Source of the DNA: the human T2T-CHM13v2.0 reference genome, Homo sapiens
Assembly (NCBI GenBank): GCA_009914755.4
Contig: CP068257.2
Coordinates: forward strand, 28,704,001-28,768,000
DNA: 64,000 nt
Direction of reading: 5' to 3'
The position numbers and the translations under genes are program-made. Shown piece by piece: positions 42,860-57,957 of this stretch; the stretch's first letter is position 1, and each line of letters opens with the position of its first letter. Under the pieces are notes generated by a model. That model saw nothing but the letters and a program-made list of their open reading frames with translations, was not told where the DNA came from and made no database searches.

Positions 42860-43590
42860 TCGTGCATCAGGGTGACCTGGATGTGAGACATGGAATCAAA
42901 GGAGATCATTTTGGAGCTTTAAGATTTGACTGCCCAGCTGGATTTCAGACTTGCATAGGGCCTATAGCTTCTTTGTTTTGGACAATTTCTACCATTTGGA
43001 AAAGTTGTATTTACTCAATGTTTGTACCCCCATTGTATCTAGGAAGTAACTAACTTGCTTTTGATTTTACAGGCTCATAGGCATAAGGGACTTGCATTGT
43101 CTCAGATGAGACTTCGGACTGTGGACTTTTGAGTTGATGCTGAAATGAGTTAAGACTTTGGGGAACTGTTGGGAAGGCATGATTGGTTTTGAAATGTGAG
43201 GACATGAGATTTGGGAGGGGCCGGGGTGAAATAATACGGTTTGGCTGTGTTTTCACCAAAATATCATCTGGAATTGTAGCTCCCATAGTTCCTATGTATT
43301 GTGAAAGGGACCCAGTGAGAGATAATTGAATCATCGGGGTGGTTTCCCCCATACTGTTCTCACAGTAGTGAGTAAGTGTCAGGAGATCTGACGGTTTTAT
43401 AAGGCGTTTTCCTTTTTACTTGTCTCTCATTCTGTCTTGCCTGCCTCCATTTAAAACATGCTTTCGCCCTCCATCGTGATTGTGAGGACCCCCACCCACT
43501 TGGAACTGGGAGTCCATTAAACCTCTTTTTCTTTATAAATGACCCAATCTTGGGTATGTCATTATCAGAAGCATGAAAACAGTCTAATAC
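42860..43590 (+). mobile_element. Second partial MaLR unit: 3' end of internal region (42860..43235) plus complete LTR (43236..43590)
   Basis: 42860..43235 is paralogous to 41560..41944 (…catgaattcaaaggaaattattttggagctttaa… / …catggaatcaaaggagatcattttggagctttaa… through …gcatgattggttttgaaatgtgag…), followed by an LTR taatacggtttggctgtg…gagtccattaaacctctttttctttataaatgacccaatcttgggtatgtcattatcagaagcatgaaaacagtctaatac. Confidence 0.75.
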
Positions 43591-45107
43591 ACCATCTTAT
43601 CTTGGAATTTTCATTGTTAGAATTTTTTTACTCTTAATTCAATTTATTTTGTAGATCCAGGGCTAGTCAGGCTGTCTAGGTATTTTTGAGTGAGCTCTCT
43701 TAGTTTGTGCCTGTTAAGAAATTTTTTCATTTAATCTGTGGTATTGCTGTAAGTGATCTCAGGGTCCAGCAACAATGGTTATATCAATCTGCTTGATCTG
43801 CAGACATATCAGAAATAGTGACAACCTGTCTTTCAACCATAGGAATAACATAAGCCATTGCTAGGGGCACCCTGGCCAGAAAGTAAGGCAAGTTCATTTA
43901 TATTGTCTTGGACATAAACTGAACCAAGAAGAGATGAAAGCAACAATGTCATATTTATTATTTCACCCTATTTTGTTTTGTTTCTATGTTAATAACTTCT
44001 GCCACAGCACTATACTTGTCCTTTTGTACAGTTCATGTGAATAAAATATTATCATGTATCTTTATTAAAAATATGTTAAAGAAACCAAACATCTTTTGAA
44101 TAACATGACTCTTCACAGCCTACAATTATAATACATGCTCCAGTTGAACAGGTGCCCTAGTTCTCTTCTCTTCATCATTTTGCATGGACATGCATGACCA
44201 CTTCCCTACCTGACTTGATCTCAGTGTCTTGCTTGGCAGTATGTTACTGAGGTGACAGAATGTGGTGACATGTTTTTCTCCTTGCACTTGTGAAGTTTGT
44301 CACTTGAGTGCTAGATGGACCACTTAACTGATGCAGGCTAGTAGACGTCCTCAATCTTTGTCAGTTTGCTTTTCAGTTTATAAACACTACAGATTCTTCT
44401 AAGAAGATTGAGAAATATTCAATTTCTCTTTTGTTTTCAAAACTTAGTATTCAAATCTCCATCTTGAAAATTGTCAAAGACGCACGTAATCTAGCAAAAA
44501 AGAAAAATTTATAGGGCTAGAGAGGGAGTCAGTAACAGAGTGAACTTCTGTGTTCCTTGCTTTTTGCTTGTGTGTTCATTCTAATTCAGCACTATAGCAT
44601 AACAGAAACAAAGTCTCATTGGGAACTGAGCAAAGCACAGACATATTTAACATAAGACATAAGAATAAGGTGTTACTAAACCTACCAAGTAAATAGTGTG
44701 AGAAACCACTGATTGTAATGTTTTATCTCTTACATTAATAGAGATGAGTTTTCATGTCTTAGAATGGAAACAACACTGAATTACAGCAAGTTATTTTAGC
44801 TCTTACATATGCCAGAGGCAGGACTGGATGGCTGCTGTAGGTCCTAACAATTGCAGAATTCTGTGACTTGAAGGTGAAAATCAAGTTCTTATAATTCAGT
44901 TTCCACAATGAGTTTCCATATGACTACATTGTTGTTTAGTTTTGTTTTTTGCTAGGTAGTCCTACACTGTAAAGTTGCAGTGAGATTCAAGAAGCACGTG
45001 ATCAATTGGTTAGACAGATATTGATAGTTAATAATGAAAATGTCAGCTATTTCTTGAAGAGAGTTTTAGTCAGGGTCCTCCAAAGAAACAGAACCAATAG
45101 GGTGTGT

Positions 45108-45150
45108 ATGTGAGTGTGTGGGGGGGTGTGTGTGTGTGTGTAATATGTGT
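45108..45150. repeat. Imperfect (GT)n microsatellite
   Basis: gtgtgtgggggggtgtgtgtgtgtgtgtaatatgtgtgtttgtgt. Confidence 0.8.
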
Positions 45151-48100
45151 GTTTGTGTATGAAGAAAGAGAAATATTTATTTTAAGGAATTTGTTCATGC
45201 AACTGTGGGGGCTGACAACCCTAAAATCTGCAAATTAGGCCAGCAGGCTAGAGATTCAGGTAAGAGTTAGTAAGAGTTGATGACGCAGTCTTGAGTCTGA
45301 ATTCACAGTGCTGTAAGCGGGAAACTCAGGCAGTTTCTATGTTGCAGTCTTGAGAATCCCTTCTTTCTCAGGAAACCTCAGTCTTTATTCTTAGGGCCTT
45401 CAACAAATATGAGGAGGTATACCCCTATTATTTATGAAGGGCTATCTGCTTTCCTCAAAGTTTACTATTTTAAATGTTAGTCATATGTAAAAAATGCCTT
45501 TACAACAACATCTACACTGGCATTTGACAAACTACTGGCTACCATAGCCTTGCCAAGCTGACACGCTAAAGGTAACTATTGTGAGTGGTTATTCATTAAG
45601 GCTTTAATCAGTGTCATCAAATCAGGCATTAAAGTATTAGCAAACAGTTATTTCATCAGAAAGATGATTATTTGTCATTCTAGTATTTACTCTTTTTGCT
45701 GATTTATCATGTCTTCATTTTGTTTCAATAATGTTAATAATGTAGAACTTGTACATTAAAATATGTAGATATTTTAATATCATTCATCCAAGATTAAGCT
45801 ATATTTAAAATCACAAGCTTTAATATATCGACAGCACTAAAAAGGGACAAAAATAAGAAACTCTTAATTCATGTCTTTGAAAAGGTAAAACACCATCTGA
45901 GAAAGACATTAGTCTTATTTATATGGATTAGAAAAAAATATTAGAAAATATATACAAAACAGTGCTATTAAATGTAAGCTAAGTCACGAAATACTCTATA
46001 CCTCATCATAGTGGTGAGGCTCTGTCTAAATTCATTTACCAAAAAGTGCAAATTGGTTTTCTATAATTTTGATATATTTACTATAATAGTTTTGAGAACT
46101 CTTTACTTTGGAACATGTGGCTATAATCCATGTTATAGAAAACCACATTTGTTAAGATGTATTTGTTCACTTAAAGCTTTTGTGAATGGTGCTATAGTAT
46201 ATGAATTTAATTCACTGTACTTGTGAACATTAATATCTTGACTATGATGACACTGAACTAACAAAAGTTAACTCATTCTAGTGGTGTGAAACTCCAGAGG
46301 TTCTTTAGAGCTAGAAACATACCTAAAAGCATTCCTAGTTCTTTTTTTAAAAAAAAATCATGTAAAATGGATTAGAGGGCCTAATGCTTAATTTAGGAAC
46401 ACAATGAGGAATCTCAATTATAAAAAATAATAGTAGATAACATTTAAAAACATTTTATGCGCATTTAAAGCATTTAGCCAGGCATTGTGCTAAGCATTAT
46501 TCATGGCACATAAGTTATAGTATTTAACTCATAGTAAATCTGTAATAATTTGTATATCCTTCTTACAGATGAGCTACAATAGCAGAAATGATGTAGTGTG
46601 ATAGTTTTACTTGAGTCTCTACTCTTAACCTTTGCATGTACTGCCTCAGTAATACAAAAGATGGGAGACGATGGTTGGGTGGATGGAGAATGAAGGATTG
46701 AAGGCAGCAGGGTAAAGAATAAAGAAATATTAGATGAGCAAAGTGGGAAATACTAAAATATTTCGGGGTTAAATCATGTTTAAGATCTGTTTTGGCTCCA
46801 GTTTTTCAATTATGGTGAAAATAAATTTTAATTATATTGATATCTAAGCATGATTTATCCAATACCTGAGATCTACTACAGCTTTATGCCACCACCCTAG
46901 ACTTCAAGGATACAAAAAATATTCTATGTCCCCTTAAGGAAATGACAAAAACACTTCCACCCTGATATCTTAACCTTTTAGTATCTCAATTCAACTGAAC
47001 TCCAAAGAGCTGAACTTGAAAATCCACCTCAAAACATGCTTCCTCCCATGAAGCTTTTTCTACCTTTTCTCTAACAAATCCCACTGGTTCAAATATATTT
47101 GTCAATTTCATCACACATTCCTGAAAGTTGACCCTTCATATTATTTCATGTTAATTTCTAGTTTGGATGCCATAGGAAGGTAGACATGAAAATAAAAACT
47201 CTAAAAAGACAAGACCAGGACTATGAAAAATCAGAAAGTAAGCTCATAGAGGAGAAATCACAGACATGACACTAAGAAGTTGAGGAAGTTTAGTCCAAGA
47301 AAGCTTCCTGGATACAGAGAGATCAAAACAAAGGGATATAGAGCAACGTGGCAGCTAGATGGAAGGGTTGGAAAGTAGCAGAACCAACATGTGTCCAAAG
47401 GCCCTAGCAGGAATTGTACATATGTAGCCTCATTTAAGTCTCCAAAGAAATATGTGTTATTACCATTCACATTTTCTAGATGTTGAAACAGAGACCAACA
47501 AATCTTAATAACATAAGGTCACCTCTCATAAATGATAGAATTATGCTCAAGTTTAGGTTTGTCTTACTGCAGATTTCATTCATTTCATTCATTCACTTAT
47601 TCTATTTATTTCATTTACTCTTCTAAGTATGAGATTTTTAAACAGAATAGGTATTATTCATTTCGATCAGATGAGTTGATATATAAATGCATAAATAAAG
47701 GAAAAAATGAAGTTTATGAGTTCACAGCAGTCTAAGTTATTAATATAAAATCCTCTCTCAAATTATCCTAAATTCTGACTCTTCTAGGAGCCTGAAATAT
47801 ATTTCAAGATGGCAAGAACTGTATTCTAACTTTAGGTTGAATTTGGATTCTGCTTATTTGAGATAACACTTAGGTCTCAAGTAGAACAGCTAGCACAGAA
47901 GAAAGAACTTTTCTCAACACATTTCTTAAGTTATACTCTTTGATTTATCACACAAGGGATGGGGAAAAGCTAATCACTATTCAGACTTAAAAAATATATT
48001 TTTGTGGCTCCACGTTTGGATAGAGACCAAGAGAAGAAAATAAATTAAGTAGGAGAGCTAATTAAGAATGTAGCTATTGCAGTGATTTCAATATCTGGGC

Positions 48101-48946
48101 ACTTGCCTTTAATAGTCTCCAGAAGTGCTATACCTTACAGTTAAATGGCCTTCCCAAGCAGGACCAGTGGATTTTCATGCCAGAGGAAACTTACTAGAAG
48201 CATACAAGACACACAAAAATAAGTGAAAACAAAAACCCAATTTCTATGTTAACTTAAGAGGATGATTTTAAAGTAGTTGGAATATTTCTGTTTTGGGGAG
48301 ACACATTGGAAAAGAGAGGATCTAGAAAATATGAAACATAAACTGTATTCTAAGAAAGGAAGAGGCAGAGAGAGGAAAGAGGAGAGGAAGGGAGAAAATG
48401 AAAGGGGGAGAAGAGAGATAATTTCAGGAGTAACAACTTGCAGATTTCTAGCTGTAGCATAGGTCACTACTATATTAAAAAGCTTCAGCTAAGTTCTTGA
48501 AGATGGCTTTTGAAGACCTCATTTTTGGAAATGAATAGGCAGTTCATGAGTTAGAAAATCTAGAATCTCTTTAGTAATAAAGTTATGAAAAAATTTATGA
48601 GATTCTAGAAAGGCAACATGCTGCTCTTTAGACCTGTGTCCACAAATTGATTGGGAATAAGGTGAACTGACTTCTCCTGGAGGAGCAATTATGAGTGTGA
48701 CAGAAACCCAGCCCATAATCTGGGTCAAGGGAGGTCCCTCATCCACAGAGGCTGAAAACTGCAGAGTCCACAGCCCCATGCTCAAAGCCCTGTCCTCTGG
48801 ACAGGCTGATGAAAGGGTGTCCATAAGAGGGCACAGGATGGCTGCTAGGTTCTTTGCTGGCCAGGAGAAACATGGTAGACATTGGGTGAAGGAGGTCCCT
48901 GTGGCCACTCAATACCTGGGATGGGAGGAACTCACTTTGACAGATG

Positions 48947-49390
48947 GCGGGTATATTAGTCTGCTTGGGCTGCCATTACAAAGTACCACAAATTGAGTGA
49001 CTTAGTAGGAATGTGTTGTCTTACAGTCCTGGAGGCTGGAAGGCTGAGATGAAGGTATTGGCAGGTGAGTCCTTCTGAGGGGTGTGAGGAAAGCATCTGT
49101 TCTAGGCCTCTTTCTAGGATACTTCTCCCCAGATGGCCATCTCCCTAAATGGTCCTGAATGGTTTTCTCCCTGTGTCTCTTCACGTTATCTTCCCTCTGT
49201 GTGGGACTGTCTCTGTGTCTGTATTTCCCCTTTTTATGTGGACACTAGTCATACGAATGAAATGGGCCCACTTTCACTTGCCTGTCTCTATAAAGGCTCT
49301 ATCACCAAATAAGGTTATGTTCTGAGGTGCAGGGGGTTAGCACTTTAAAATACAAATCTCATGGGAGGACAAAATTCAACTCATATAACA
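48947..49390 (+). mobile_element. Ancient mammalian interspersed repeat (family not assigned; carries the widely dispersed …gtcctggaggctggaag…gaaggtattggcagg… motif)
   Basis: gggtatattagtctgcttgggctgccattacaaagtaccacaaattgagtgacttagtaggaatgtgttgtcttacagtcctggaggctggaaggctgagatgaaggtattggcaggtgagtccttctgagg… is a very common human repeat consensus; overlapping ORFs 48519..48908(-), 48691..48996(+) and 49002..49184(-) are its translations. Confidence 0.5.
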
Positions 49391-51731
49391 GGAGACAGGC
49401 CATCGCTAAAAGTTAAAAAAAAAATGCATACTATAGAATTTCAATTAGATATTGTTTCCTGACTGCAGTTTTCCTTGTATTTAATAAGGAATTCTAACAA
49501 ATTTTCTCCCAAGGAATGTTATATACCCTTGACCACTGGTATCGGGAGAAAACATCCTGGTATTCAGAGAGTACTTTGCAGTTTCATTAATTAGTTGTCT
49601 AATTAAAATAACATTGATTTGCCTCTGCAGATATGGCTGAATGTGTTTTATTCATGTACTTAAGAGAAACAGATCATTCATTTCTTATTTTAAGGATGAA
49701 GGTGGCTATTTCCATGGCCAACAATCACCATGCAACCTGGCAGGGCCCCCTGCCACCTCCCATTTCCTGCCATCTCATGGTGACCAGATGCCATGCCCTT
49801 TATGTCTGTTTTCTAAGGAATCAGACAGCAAAATCTCATAGTTCATCAAATGATAATCATATATTTTCTGTTGTCAACAAGTAAAAGTAATAAAGTTCAT
49901 GCTAAAAATACCTGTATTCATCTTTTTAATAAACATTACTGAAAGTCCATTGCCAGTCAATAATTGAGGAATAGACATTGTTCCTATCTTCCAGGTTCTT
50001 CCGGTCTGGTAAATTAAGATGGGGTATCGTACAAAGCTAGGGTGTCCTAAGGTAACAACAGACTAATAGCTCTGGAGGCCAGATATGTATGTATGGTTAT
50101 TAAAAAGTTTTATTAGGGCCATTGTTGCAAGTCATCTTGGAATTGTTTGCCATTTGAGAACATTCAATTAAAAAGGCATTATAATGCTGAGATTTTAAAA
50201 TGTAAATTAGAATCTGGAAAGTTTTCAATGATTTCTAGTCTAAAATTAAATAAAGCACCAAAAAAACGAATTAAATTTAGAACATTTTAAGAGAAATGAA
50301 TAAAAATACTCAACTACTTTTGGAAACAAACGTAGAGGAGAGTCAACTTTATTCAACCAATAAATAGAAAAGCAATGCTATTTAATTGATGGAACAAAAA
50401 AAAAACACTTCCTCAGTTTGAAATTATTCCCAGTTTAGAAGCCAAACCAAGAAAAGGAGTGCTTAAAATAAGTATAAAGAAAGGAAAAACATACAGAACA
50501 GAACAGAGATAAAGCAAAAAAAAAAAAAAAAAGATTAAAAAAAAGACAAATTAGAGAAGAAGGGTAAATGAAGAAGAAACACACCATAGGGACATGAAAC
50601 TAAATCGTAAAGTTAGGAGGTTGTTGATCACTGATTTATGAAAAGCTGACTGGTTCCATGAAGATTTAAAATAGTGCTCTCAATATTGTGTTGCAGGTGC
50701 TATGGTTTTATTTTGAAATAAGTATAGTGTTTGAAATTCCAAATTTCTCATTTAATCCTGAACATTTTGCTATTATGCCAAAGAATGACTTGAAGCACAA
50801 AAACGTATTTAAAACTATTTCCAGCAGTGGTTCTCAAATCTGATACCTCAGCATCACCTGGCAAGGGTTTGCTTTGTTATTTCAGCAGAGATTTACTAAC
50901 CAGCTGGCAGTACTCTGGATATTTATGTTTCAGTATCTCTATTTATCTATTTATATGATCCCAGTTCATTCTCACAATCACACAATGAGCAAAGCGAGGC
51001 AGTGCTGAAAAGGGCAGCATCAGAGTTTGCCCGCAAAGTGTTCTGACAGCAAAATGCATGCTGAGCTTCTACATTTCATTGTCCCACAATTGCAATGGCA
51101 GGCCCCCACCCTAGAACTACCCTCTGGGCTGGTGGGATTCTGACATCTACATTTTGAACAGCATTTCTTAAAATCATCAAGGTTGAAGATTCTAAGTGGT
51201 CAAATACACTGCATTCCACAATGACCTGAGATTACCTTCTTTGTCCCTTGATTTAAATCCCAAGTCTTTAAAAATAAATCAAATCCTGGAATGAGGGTAG
51301 GTGAAAAAGTTAATATCAAGGAAAATAATGAAAAAGAAAGAAGGAACTCTGTGTATAACACTTCTCCAGGAATAAGTAGTCTCAACTACATCCTAAAGCT
51401 CTTTAACCACCTTCATGAAAGCCTCAATCCACTTGGAATGGGACAGAAATTGCAAAGGAATACTCTCTGGGCACCAGCAATATTGCCACAACCAAATCTT
51501 AACATCATAGGATTTCAGCACTGAAATGGAAAGTGAACAAAGAAAGGTAAGCAGTTTACAGTACTAGTAAGGAAGAAAAGCAAAAGGTTTTTCAAACATT
51601 GGGGCTCTCTCCAGTTGTTACCAAGAGATACTGGGATATTTTACCTCTACCATGTCTGTGCCTCTAATCATCCACCCACCACAGAGCTCAGCCAACCAAG
51701 AAGGGCTAAGGGTCCTGTCTAGGACTCTTCA

Positions 51732-52115
<384 letters not shown>

Positions 52116-52339
52116 CTACTTCTAGCGCTCTGAAAATACAGAAACACCTTGCAATAAACTCCCCGTTTTGCTTCCTTTTTTCCTACTCTCCTATCCACAT
52201 CTTCCTTGTCCATATCTGTTTGTTTGTTTGTTTTCCCTTCAGGAATAAAGGGAGTTCATGAACAGAAATCTCACCCAATCCTATGATACCTTCCAGAGGT
52301 TAGATGAAGAAATGCTGAGTAAATATGGAGTTCCCTTCT

Positions 52340-53200
52340 GTATGCTGTTTTGTCATTTCTTCGATCTCCAGCAAAGACTTTAAACAGAAGGAAAGGAGGG
52401 AGACAGTGGTGACATCCAAAATAAGGTTGAGGCCAGACTTCTTCAAAGTGATATGGGAAGGGGGCAGGGAAGTGCTGGGTAGGGCCTGTGCCCTCAGACC
52501 AAAGTGAGGACAGGCACTCCTGTTTTCATGCCCAAATGTTGCATTTTCCAAGACCACCCTGGCTCACAATGTCCCCATCCTCTGCCTATAAAAACCCCGA
52601 GAACCTAGTGGGCAAATACACAGGCGGCTGGACGTCAAGCGGAACACACCAGCAGAACACACTGACAAATGCTGGCAGGCCATCAGCTGTGGAACACCAA
52701 GGGAAATTTGGCTGAGGGTTGTCAGAGGAGAGCCAAGCCTCTGAGCCACCCGACTCCAGGGCAAAACCACCTTCCCACTCCATCCCCCTTCTAGCTCCCC
52801 ACCCATCTGTTGAGAGCTGCTTACACCATTCAATAAAACCTTGCACTAATCCTCCAAGCCCACATGTGATCTGATTTTTCTGGTACACTAGGACAAGAAC
52901 CCTAAGATACAGAAAGTCTTTTGTCCTTGTGATAAGGCAGAGGGTCTAATTGAGCTGATTAACACAAGCCAGCTGCAGATAGCTAAGCTGAAAGAGTTGA
53001 CTATAACATATGCCCACTGGGGCTTTGGGAGCTGTAAACACTCAACCCTAGATGCTGCCATGGGGTCCAAGCCCACACTCCCCATGACCTGCTGGTCTGC
53101 ATGCTCCCTGCTAGGGGTTTGAGCTGTGGGGCACAGAAGAAGCGAGCCACACCCTATTACATGCCCTGCGAGGGGCATAAAGGAACTTTCCTCATTTCAA
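52340..53200 (+). mobile_element. ERV-type LTR-like repeat, copy B (sense; same family as 5772..6715 but inverted)
   Basis: Contains cctataaaaacc (TATA) and cattcaataaaacc (polyA signal) in LTR-like order and aligns along its length with the reverse complement of copy A. ORFs 52488..52888 are translations of it. Confidence 0.6.
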
Positions 53201-56055
53201 AAATGGCAGAGAAGGAAGGGTGCTCACACACATGTCTTCTAGCATGTTCTCTTTTCCCCTTATCTCGCTTTTTTCCACTAGGCTAGGATTTGATTCCAGC
53301 TAGATAAAGGCCAGCCCATGGTTTGTATCTGATCCACTGTTGAGGCTTCCTACTTCTGAGTGAAAAAGCTTCCAAATCTATTAATAGATATAGCCAACTT
53401 TCACTCAGCTGCCAAATCAAAGAATGAACAAAGGCAAAATAGTTACCATTTAGATAGGCTTCTGAGACGCTTGATTTCATATAAGACATCTGCATGCCTA
53501 ACTTCCCTTTTCATTCTATCAACGTCTATCTATGGAGTGCCTACTATATGCTAGGGACTGTTTCTGTGCTACAGGCATATTCATCATGCCATTCATTTGA
53601 TTTCTAACTGAAGGCCCTTTTTCTTCTGCCTCCCAATTTCAGCTGTCATCACCTGTCAAAATCACTATTTGCTCTGGTATTTATGGTGAAAGGAGTCATT
53701 ACTAGTCATCATGAGACCATCTGTACAATGTCACTGGGTAGTGACATGGCCTCTGTTCAGACTCTAAGATGTTCCATCTTGCAGGATGGATATTAATGCC
53801 ACTAAATCCATCTTCAGCATTCTTGAATGAGAGCATTTGCAATAGCTATTACATCTTTGCAATAGCATGAAGACAGAAGACAGCATATTATTATCAAAGA
53901 CTGCACATTACAATCAAATTATAATACTACAAGCAGAAAATAGATTACCTTTCCTCTATTTTTAATGTACTTTATAAACTTGGACAGACAAGCCGTGTCC
54001 AGAGGGGGTTATGGTGGTCAGGCATGTAGCATGATTTCACAGGGCTATGAGGATCTCCTGTGGGCTCCTGGCTAGATGTTAACCTTTTAATTTAAGGGAG
54101 TAACTTCCAAAAATGGTGGTACATGAGAACCACGAATGAGGCAGCCTTAGGAGGAATTTAATCATCTGTTTTTTTATTTAAGTAATTAATTATTTTTTGG
54201 TTTATTTGTATGTCCTAAAATGACCCATTGTTCATTCTGTTGCATATTCAGAAGTTAGACAACACTGATTTAAGCATTTGCCCAGCATATAAAAACCAAC
54301 TCAAATTCTGCTGGCTTATAAAGTATTTGAAGTCAGAGGAGATCATTTCAAGCCACTACATGATGTAGGCAGCTCATAAATATAAGTGAGGTGGTTCAGT
54401 GGATTTGTGATTTGTTTGATGATTGATGCTTCATATTCTAATCCATCATCACAGACATGATGTATTTTCTTATTAAACATGAAAGAATATTTGTCAAGTG
54501 CACGAGAATATAGTTTTCAGAAATTTTCTTGAAACCCAAAGCTTCTTAATTCATCTCACATTCTCTCACTTATGATAGAGACATTAACCAACACAACAAA
54601 ATAATAGTGCAGGCTTGATGCGTAGTCACAACTGAAATTTGGCTGTAGAGCTGGGAGACAAGAGGGGTGGTTAGAGTTGTGGGGATGATAAGAAGCATGT
54701 CCCACATCCGTGGAGCAACTCTTCTTCAGTTCCAGCCAACTGTGAGTGAGAAAACCCAGGATCACCAGACTTTCAGAATTTTTAAAAAAGAAATCACAAA
54801 TCCAAATTTTTGTGAATTTTTGATTGTTGAATATTAGCAACTAATTTATAGTTGAATAAAATGCCCGGGGGGGCCTGCACTTGTGAGATGAATGAACCTA
54901 TGTGGGCTGGATTTGACAGAGGACCTGTGAGTTTATGGTCTATTATTTCAACTGGTACCATTCACCAGCCCATTAGTGCAGGGAAGGCAGGATATGCATG
55001 GGGAGGAGAAGGGCACTATTGCAAAGCGGGGAGGGAAGTCATAAGGGTAAGCCCTGATAAACACATTTGCTGACTTTGTTAATTTGATTATTTCCAGTTA
55101 ACAAAAAGTTACCCTTAGTTGTGATAGGATGGTTATCTTCAAAAAGTTCCTTGGAAAATGAGGATTTGAGAAAGAAATGGTCTTCACAGCATCTTGTGGG
55201 CTAGGACTTTTCTCGCAGCTGCCAAGAGCCTATAGACAGAAATTTAGATATTTAGAAGATCACAAGATAAAGTTGTTAAAAGTAGCTGTTTGATGTGGAG
55301 GAAGCTTCTTTGTCATTTTTTTTTTTTTTTACTTATGCAAGTTTTATCTAGTGAGTTCTAAAGAAAATTCCAATTAAACATACATTTACATTAAGAAAAA
55401 GTTGATACTTTCAGTATCTGTTGTATAATTACCTTTTTATTAAATAGATTTGCAATTCCATGACATTAGCCATGGCTTTATACTTCTTGAGCCCCTGACA
55501 TCACATATTTGGACTTTGGCATATATTCTGTCAGGGAATTTGTCTTGAATTTTTAGAAAACATATATCCAAAGAACATAATAAAGCTATCAGACATTTTC
55601 TTATTTTGTTTTCTGTTTTGATTTGGGATTAAACAGCAGCAAAGACAAGAAAAACACCAACAACACATACAGCAAAGTAATTACTAAAAGTGAGGCTGGA
55701 GCTCCAGAGAGACACATTGTCCTGACAGGTGTCCGAGGGAGACCTGGTGTTCCATGTAAGTCCCTGATGTCTTAGAGAGACTGTCATGAGCACATGCTCA
55801 GACATCTTGGGCAGGGCATGTTAGGCAGAGGCAGAGACAGATGTAACCTAATGAAGGGTAAGCTTGAGGGTACTTCTCTTGCCTGACATTTTCCAAAGCT
55901 CTGTTATCACTCCTGGGGAGACTGGGAGGAACCCGCTGCTCCAGCTATGCTGCTGTGGCCTAGGAGTCCCTCGTGGCATCCTCAGGCTGTGGGTGTATCC
56001 GGAGAGCTGCCTGCACTACTTCTAATATATCTAGTCCCCAGGGTCAACCTTATAA

Positions 56056-56378
<323 letters not shown>

Positions 56379-57873
56379 CATAGTTTTCCTTTTAAGAAGA
56401 AGGATTGGAACGAGGATACTGCTCTGCCACAAACTAGAAGACCCCTACAACCCTGGATCCACAGCTGTTTGCAGCCGATCCTCATGCAAATTGCCAACAG
56501 ATACAGGTGGGAGGTGAACCAGGGACATCTGGACAAGAGGTGCACAATCTCAGGCTTGAAGCACTGCTGAAATGAAATGACAGAGGGTGTTACAGCTGTG
56601 GCGTTGCTCACAACAAATGGCAATGTTAAAAAAAAAAACTTTTCTGTGTCATAAAAAATAATTCAAGTATTTTTGATGTACTATTTCTAAAAGAAACACC
56701 AAGTTTTACTTCCATTTGTTCTACAGAAAATCATGTGGACAAAACCATTGTCATGTGTAGAGATGATCAAAGACCGACTATGCAACCAAAAAATGTAGAA
56801 AAAGATTATAGATGAGGATGATGATAAAGGTATATTATTGTCTTGATTTTGTGACATCTTGGGTTTTGTTAACTATGGAAGTTTTTATTCTAAGTTAATA
56901 TCCATGTTTATATCTATTATTATATTCCTAATATTGTGTTTTTAATGAGGATCTCCAAATTATACTTTTCAACACCACAAAACCTAAATCCACCTCTTTA
57001 AAGAGGGCTGGGACAGAGTCACGAAAAACATAGAAGCTGGTGTTACCCCGCAAATGCTCAGAAGGCAGTCAACATTTTGAGGTGGGGGTTTAGAGGTGTT
57101 GTAGACAGGTAGGCTCCAGAACACTTACAAATATGAATGCATCATACAAAAGTCATCAAATAAGTTTATTTGAAAGCATTTTGATTTGCTTTTAGGATGG
57201 AGTCCTGAGCATCCTTCTGCTATTGTGACTACTCTGACTTGTTTCCTACCTCATCTCAGCAGTGTCTTCTACTTTCCTTTTTTTCACATGGGTCCTTATT
57301 GTTGTATTTGTATTTATTTATTTTTTGCTTTTGTTTTGATTTCTTTTTTCTAAATACTAATTTTTTAAAAAAATTTGTTCAAGATGATATCTATGTCTAG
57401 TTATCTCTCAATTCCTTTGGCTTACTTTTATATAGGCCCTCGAGACTGGACTTACAAGCACTGATTATAGTAAATAACAGATGGCAAACTATTTTGGAGA
57501 GTGTGAACAATAAGATTTCTGCCTCTAGGCCACTGACAAAAAAAGATGAATACATTGCTATCCCCACCCAAGACAGAAAGAATTTCCCAGCCAAAACAGG
57601 AGCAGATGTATAAATCATGGGCAGAGAAAATAAGAGGGGTTTTCCTGGACATAATGGAGTAGGGACTAATCACATACTGTCATAGCATTTGTAACATAAA
57701 TGCATTTCATTGACGCAGAGCTGTAAAAACAAAAGGAGTTCTTCCATAAATATAAGATGAAGGGTGTTAGTTAACTGCAATGACAAAGAAGATTACTAAG
57801 TTGCTTATATGAAATGTGGGAGCTTAAATGTGTGAAGGATGACCCTGTAAGGTGCCACACCCACGGCTGAACG

Positions 57874-57881
57874 TATATAAA
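57874..57881 (+). promoter_or_regulatory. TATA box (TATATAAA) of KRTAP13-1, ~80 nt upstream of the ATG; CACACCCA motif ~15 nt further 5'
   Basis: …gtgccacacccacggctgaacgtatataaatggtcctg…ctcagctgaactcacatctcccatcaacATG. Confidence 0.7.
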
Positions 57882-57957
57882 TGGTCCTGTCCAGATGTGG
57901 CATGCAAACTCAGAATCTTCTCAGTGTAACTCAGCTGAACTCACATCTCCCATCAAC

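Noticed and set aside
55690-56040. Locally GC-richer segment ~2 kb upstream of KRTAP13-1 containing a ccatgtaagt donor-like motif, considered as a possible 5' noncoding exon or CpG island
   Set aside because: Only ~4 CpG in 350 bp (not a CpG island), no ORF, and KAP genes are intronless with TATA promoters immediately 5' of the CDS. It is more likely an unrecognised old repeat.
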